DNA of 64,000 nt, taken from the sequence record OL631257.1; one strand, written 5' to 3'. The position numbers were made by a program, and so were the translations under genes. Below are positions 60,601-64,000 of the stretch, piece after piece; within the stretch, counting starts at the first letter, position 1; each line of letters starts with the position of its first letter. This stretch comes from Escherichia phage ECCR664. The notes below the pieces were generated by a model. It was given only the letters and a program-made list of their open reading frames with translations. It had not been told where the DNA came from and did no database searches.

Positions 60601-61597
60601 TTATGATACTAATTCAATCCATGCAGGACGCAGAACATCTTGCACCATTCGGACTAATTCTTTCTTAACAAGACTCGGGTCATCGGATGATGTTAATACA
60701 ATACCTTCACGAGAAGTTTCTTCCAGAATATCTTGAACAGTCAATCCCATCACTTTGCCAAAATCTTTTGGCGTTACTGTCCCAATCTTAGAAATCACAT
60801 TGTTAACACGATTTAATGTAACATAACAAGCTAGAACATCAAGCAAGTTTTTGTCAATTTCGGTTAATGGAACCTGAGTTTTAATAGGCTTATCAGACTT
60901 TTCTTTTCACTGAATTTAGAGTTCTTGCACTTAATAGCTACACGAGTACCGTTTGGCAGCCATTTAGGAAACAAGGCTTCAGAACATAACCTTCTGCCGT
61001 ATTATCACCAATAACATTAGCATCAAATACACAATTATTTGCTTCGACAAGGTCTTCTGACGCAGTAGCATTATAAGCGGCTAAGACGGAATCAAGGTCA
61101 TTTGGAATCATGATAAGAGAATCAAATGTTCCACGACCAAGCATTGGTGCCATTTTAAAACCAAATTCATTACAGAAATCTTGCATTTCGTAATCGGTCA
61201 AATACGTATTATCACCACTTTCTGTATTGATAATGATATCGAACACATAAAAATCTTTTTCACCGTAGTCAACACCTTTCTGGATTCCACCACCAGCGAA
61301 TTCACCGAATACTTGATATGATACGGCTCGAGCTGTGTACATGAATTCCTGAACGGCTTTAATAGCTTTATCATACTTCTTGAGTACGATTTCATAACCG
61401 TAAAAATCTTCTGCTGGAAGAATAGGGCCTGTGCGCTTGGCGCATGTGACGTTGTCACGTTCAATAATTAAACTAAAGTTGGTCCCATGGATTTTCTCAC
61501 GTGCTACCCAAACACCAGTAGTCAAACCATTAGTGTAGAGTTTTTCAATAAACTTAGAGTTGTAGTGGTTTTCAAGACTGCTGTATTTCTTAAACAT
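60601..61597 (-). CDS. rnlB: RNA ligase 2 (RnlB), frameshifted
   Basis: [21 protein letters not shown]…[18 protein letters not shown] (ligase KxHG motif) and C-terminus …VISKIG…[18 protein letters not shown]… match T4 Rnl2. Confidence 0.9.
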
Positions 61598-61715
61598 AAA
61601 TCACCATTATAAATAATAATATCAAAATAATTAGCAGAGACTCTATCTCCGACCCGATGTTTAATTTGAATGGATAGAACCTAGATTCATTATACCATCA
61701 AAAATGTAAAGCATA

Positions 61716-61967
61716 TTAGAACTTGATTTCTATCCAATGCCCATCACGTTGGTCATGATTAATTTTGTACTGAAAGCCGTTATCACGAAGCCACTGACCG
61801 ACTTGCTCGGTGATAGTTAAATCATTCTTTGATGGATAGTACGTGAATTGTGTCTGACCTTTGTCAGCGGCTTTCTCTGCCATCGCAGAGAAGTTAGTAA
61901 TAAAATCACTCAGCAAATTAGCTTTAGTGGCCAGAGCCCTTTCTCTTAATTCCTGTGCAAAACTCAT
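61716..61967 (-). CDS. hypothetical protein (T4 24.2 position)
   Basis: ORF 83 aa. Confidence 0.4.
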   Translation of the reverse strand: MSFAQELRERALATKANLLSDFITNFSAMAEKAADKGQTQFTYYPSKNDLTITEQVGQWLRDNGFQYKINHDQRDGHWIEIKF

Positions 61968-61985
61968 TTCTTCACCTTTTGTTAA

Positions 61986-62168
61986 TCAAACGTTTACGGT
62001 ATACAACTTTTCTTTTGCTTTAAACTTTGACCGAGCTGTCTCGGCTTTAGTCCATAGTAATCCAACTTCTTTAGGTTGTAAACCAATTTTTTGAGCAATT
62101 TCTACGAATGAAAATCCCGCCTCATGTAATGTATAAACTTCAACTTCAGCTCTCATAATCAATCCCAT
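61986..62168 (-). CDS. small protein, possible helix-turn-helix (T4 24.3 position)
   Basis: ORF 60 aa …EAGFSFVEIAQKIGLQPKEVGLLW…. Confidence 0.35.
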   Translation of the reverse strand: MGLIMRAEVEVYTLHEAGFSFVEIAQKIGLQPKEVGLLWTKAETARSKFKAKEKLYTVNV

Positions 62169-62221
62169 ATTATTTGGTTTGTGCCATTATATACATTGAT
62201 CTCAAGTTGTGTTTTGTATGC

Positions 62222-62252
62222 TTTAAAAACGAAGAAAGGGGCCGAAGCCCTT
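62222..62252 (-). terminator. stem-loop after hoc
   Basis: GGGC-CGAA-GCCC with A-rich tract on plus strand. Confidence 0.45.
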
Positions 62253-62256
62253 ACGA

Positions 62257-63385
62257 TTATGGATATGTATAGATGATACCAGTTTCCAAAGCAGTTTTAT
62301 GGATGATGTATCCATTACGCGATTCTTGAACATCAACTTCTGGGTAGTCTTTCATCATCTTCTGAAGAGTGTAACGATGCAGGTAGTATTTACTATCTGG
62401 ATCTTCAGTTTTCCAATCTTTACCTTCTTCAGTCATTTTTGTATTTCATCCATAACCCACCAACCGCACCAGATGTAAGCTGAAGTACGATGTGGAAGAG
62501 GATGAACATAAGGTAATTCACCTTCTGGTTCTGGAGCAACTTTATCAGTCACTTGAACTTGACCTTCTGCTGTAATAGTTTTGCTATCATAGTCATCTGC
62601 AGTAACGACGGCAGTAACTTCAATAGTTTGACTTCCAACAGATGAAGTATCAACTGTATATACATTAGTTGACCCTTCTACAGGAGAAGAATCTTTCTTC
62701 CATGAATACGTAATTTGCGCTTCTTCTGGAGCATCAGTGACATTAGCGGTAAATGTAGCTGAAGCATCTTGCTGAACGTTAATAGAAGGAGGAGTCAATG
62801 TAACCTGTGGATTCATTGTCTTCTTATTAACCGTTAATGATACTTCATTCGAAGTAACTTCCTTTGCATCATAATCTGTTGCGGTTACTTGGGCTACGCA
62901 TTTAATTCTTTTACTCCACTTGTAGTTGGAGTATAGCTAAATGTAGAGTTAGTTTCTCCACCAACTTGTGAATCATCTACATACCACTGATACGTAGCAG
63001 ACGCTCCAGCAGGTTGAGAAGCTAAGGCAGCAGTAAATTGAACTTGGGTTCCAATTACTCCAGCTGAAGGACTATTGGGAGTTACTGCCAACGTAGTTGA
63101 CTGAGTTTTATTTTTAACCGTGATAGTCGTAGTAATTTCTGCTGTTTCAGCGTCAGTATCAGGAATAGTATTTGTTGCAACAACTTTAATTGTTTTTGTT
63201 CCAGCGGGTCCTTTTAACACATAATCAAAAGTTTCTGCCGATCCTACTTGAGGAGCATCGTCTACACTCCATGCATAGGTAATAGTTCCACCTCCAGTTT
63301 CACCACTGGGAGTAGCAGTAAACTGCTTAGTCTCGTCTATAACTCCAGTAGGTGTTTTAGGAGTTATATCAACTGTAAAAGCCAT
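62257..63385 (-). CDS. hoc: highly immunogenic outer capsid protein Hoc (frameshifted)
   Basis: MAFTVDITPKTPTGVIDETKQFTATPSG… Ig-like repeats; C-terminus …YVHPLPHR…WCGWWVMDEIQK… matches T4 Hoc. Confidence 0.9.
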
Positions 63386-63394
63386 AAGTTATCC

Positions 63395-64000
63395 TTATTT
63401 TAATGTTACGAAAGAAGAATTACGAGTTTCACGAATTAGAACTGATCCATCGCGATTAATATAATAAATTAAGCTAAATAATGTTTGGTGAGCAGAAGCA
63501 TGCACAAAACTAGTTGGGCGAGATTTCCAATCTGGGGTTTCGGCTATCCATTGATAAATCCACCAAGGAACAGTAACATATCCTGGGCCTTTGCCTAATT
63601 TAATGAGTGTAGGACTAAAATTTTCAGGCAGAACAAAATTTATCTTTATTTACTTCTGTCTCAGGCTCTTTTTCAGATTCAACAACCTGAGTAATTGCTT
63701 CTTCAAATTTATCATGGTCGAATTCTTTTTCTTGTTCGACAACTTCTAATACTTCAACTTGGTCTGTTGGAGAATCAAACAACAGAATAGCTTCTTCTTT
63801 AACTTCTTCGTTGGTGAAATTAACACCGTCCACATCATCTGCGGCAGTAATTAAATCGGTGATAGATAATCCATCAGTTTCAGGTAACGGTTCATCAGCC
63901 AGTGCGTTAAGAGCTTCTTCGATATCAATAACAATATTATCGAATGATTTTGTTTTCTTAACACTAATGCCAAATTGTTCTGCATATTCAAACAGTTTAG
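63395..64000 (-). CDS. inh: probable inh (prohead protease inhibitor) homolog, partial, frameshifted
   Basis: acidic ORF 63624..63833 plus shifted C-terminal continuation; assignment by position downstream of hoc only. Confidence 0.45.

Overview
This window is a segment of a T4-like (T-even, Tequatrovirus-type) myovirus genome. Positions 1-30263 are a minus-strand early/accessory region: rI, tk, regB, a GrcA-like glycyl radical cofactor, denV, lysozyme e, nudE, internal-protein genes, two tRNAs, ipI, 57B/57A and genes 1, 3, 2, 4, interspersed with many small ORFs of unknown function. Positions 30325-60567 are the plus-strand late morphogenesis module (gp53, gp5 through gp12, wac, gp13-gp24), followed by minus-strand rnlB, hoc and inh. 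Identifications rest on recalled similarity to T4 proteins (for example lysozyme e, gp23, gp53, gp21) and on motifs read directly from the sequence; no database search was run. Three points dominate interpretation. First, many genes, including essential structural ones, are split by single-base deletions that usually sit in A/T runs, so the ORF track is fragmented and most merged coordinates here are approximate; this looks like a homopolymer sequencing artefact, not biology. Second, the minus-strand early region carries about twenty copies of an early-promoter-like motif (GTTTAC-type -35, TATAAT-like -10) embedded in an inverted repeat, often just downstream of a terminator hairpin, resembling the promoter-early-stem-loop (PeSL) cassettes described in T4-type phages. 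Third, the accessory region holds several candidate host-interaction genes: a TARG1/DarG-like macrodomain, a secreted SLT-type lytic transglycosylase, a Pol-beta-type nucleotidyltransferase beside a P-loop ATPase, a 57B/Acb1 homolog, four internal-protein-like genes, and a promoter-equipped small ORF between gp23 and gp24. No CRISPR array, integrase or transposase was seen.
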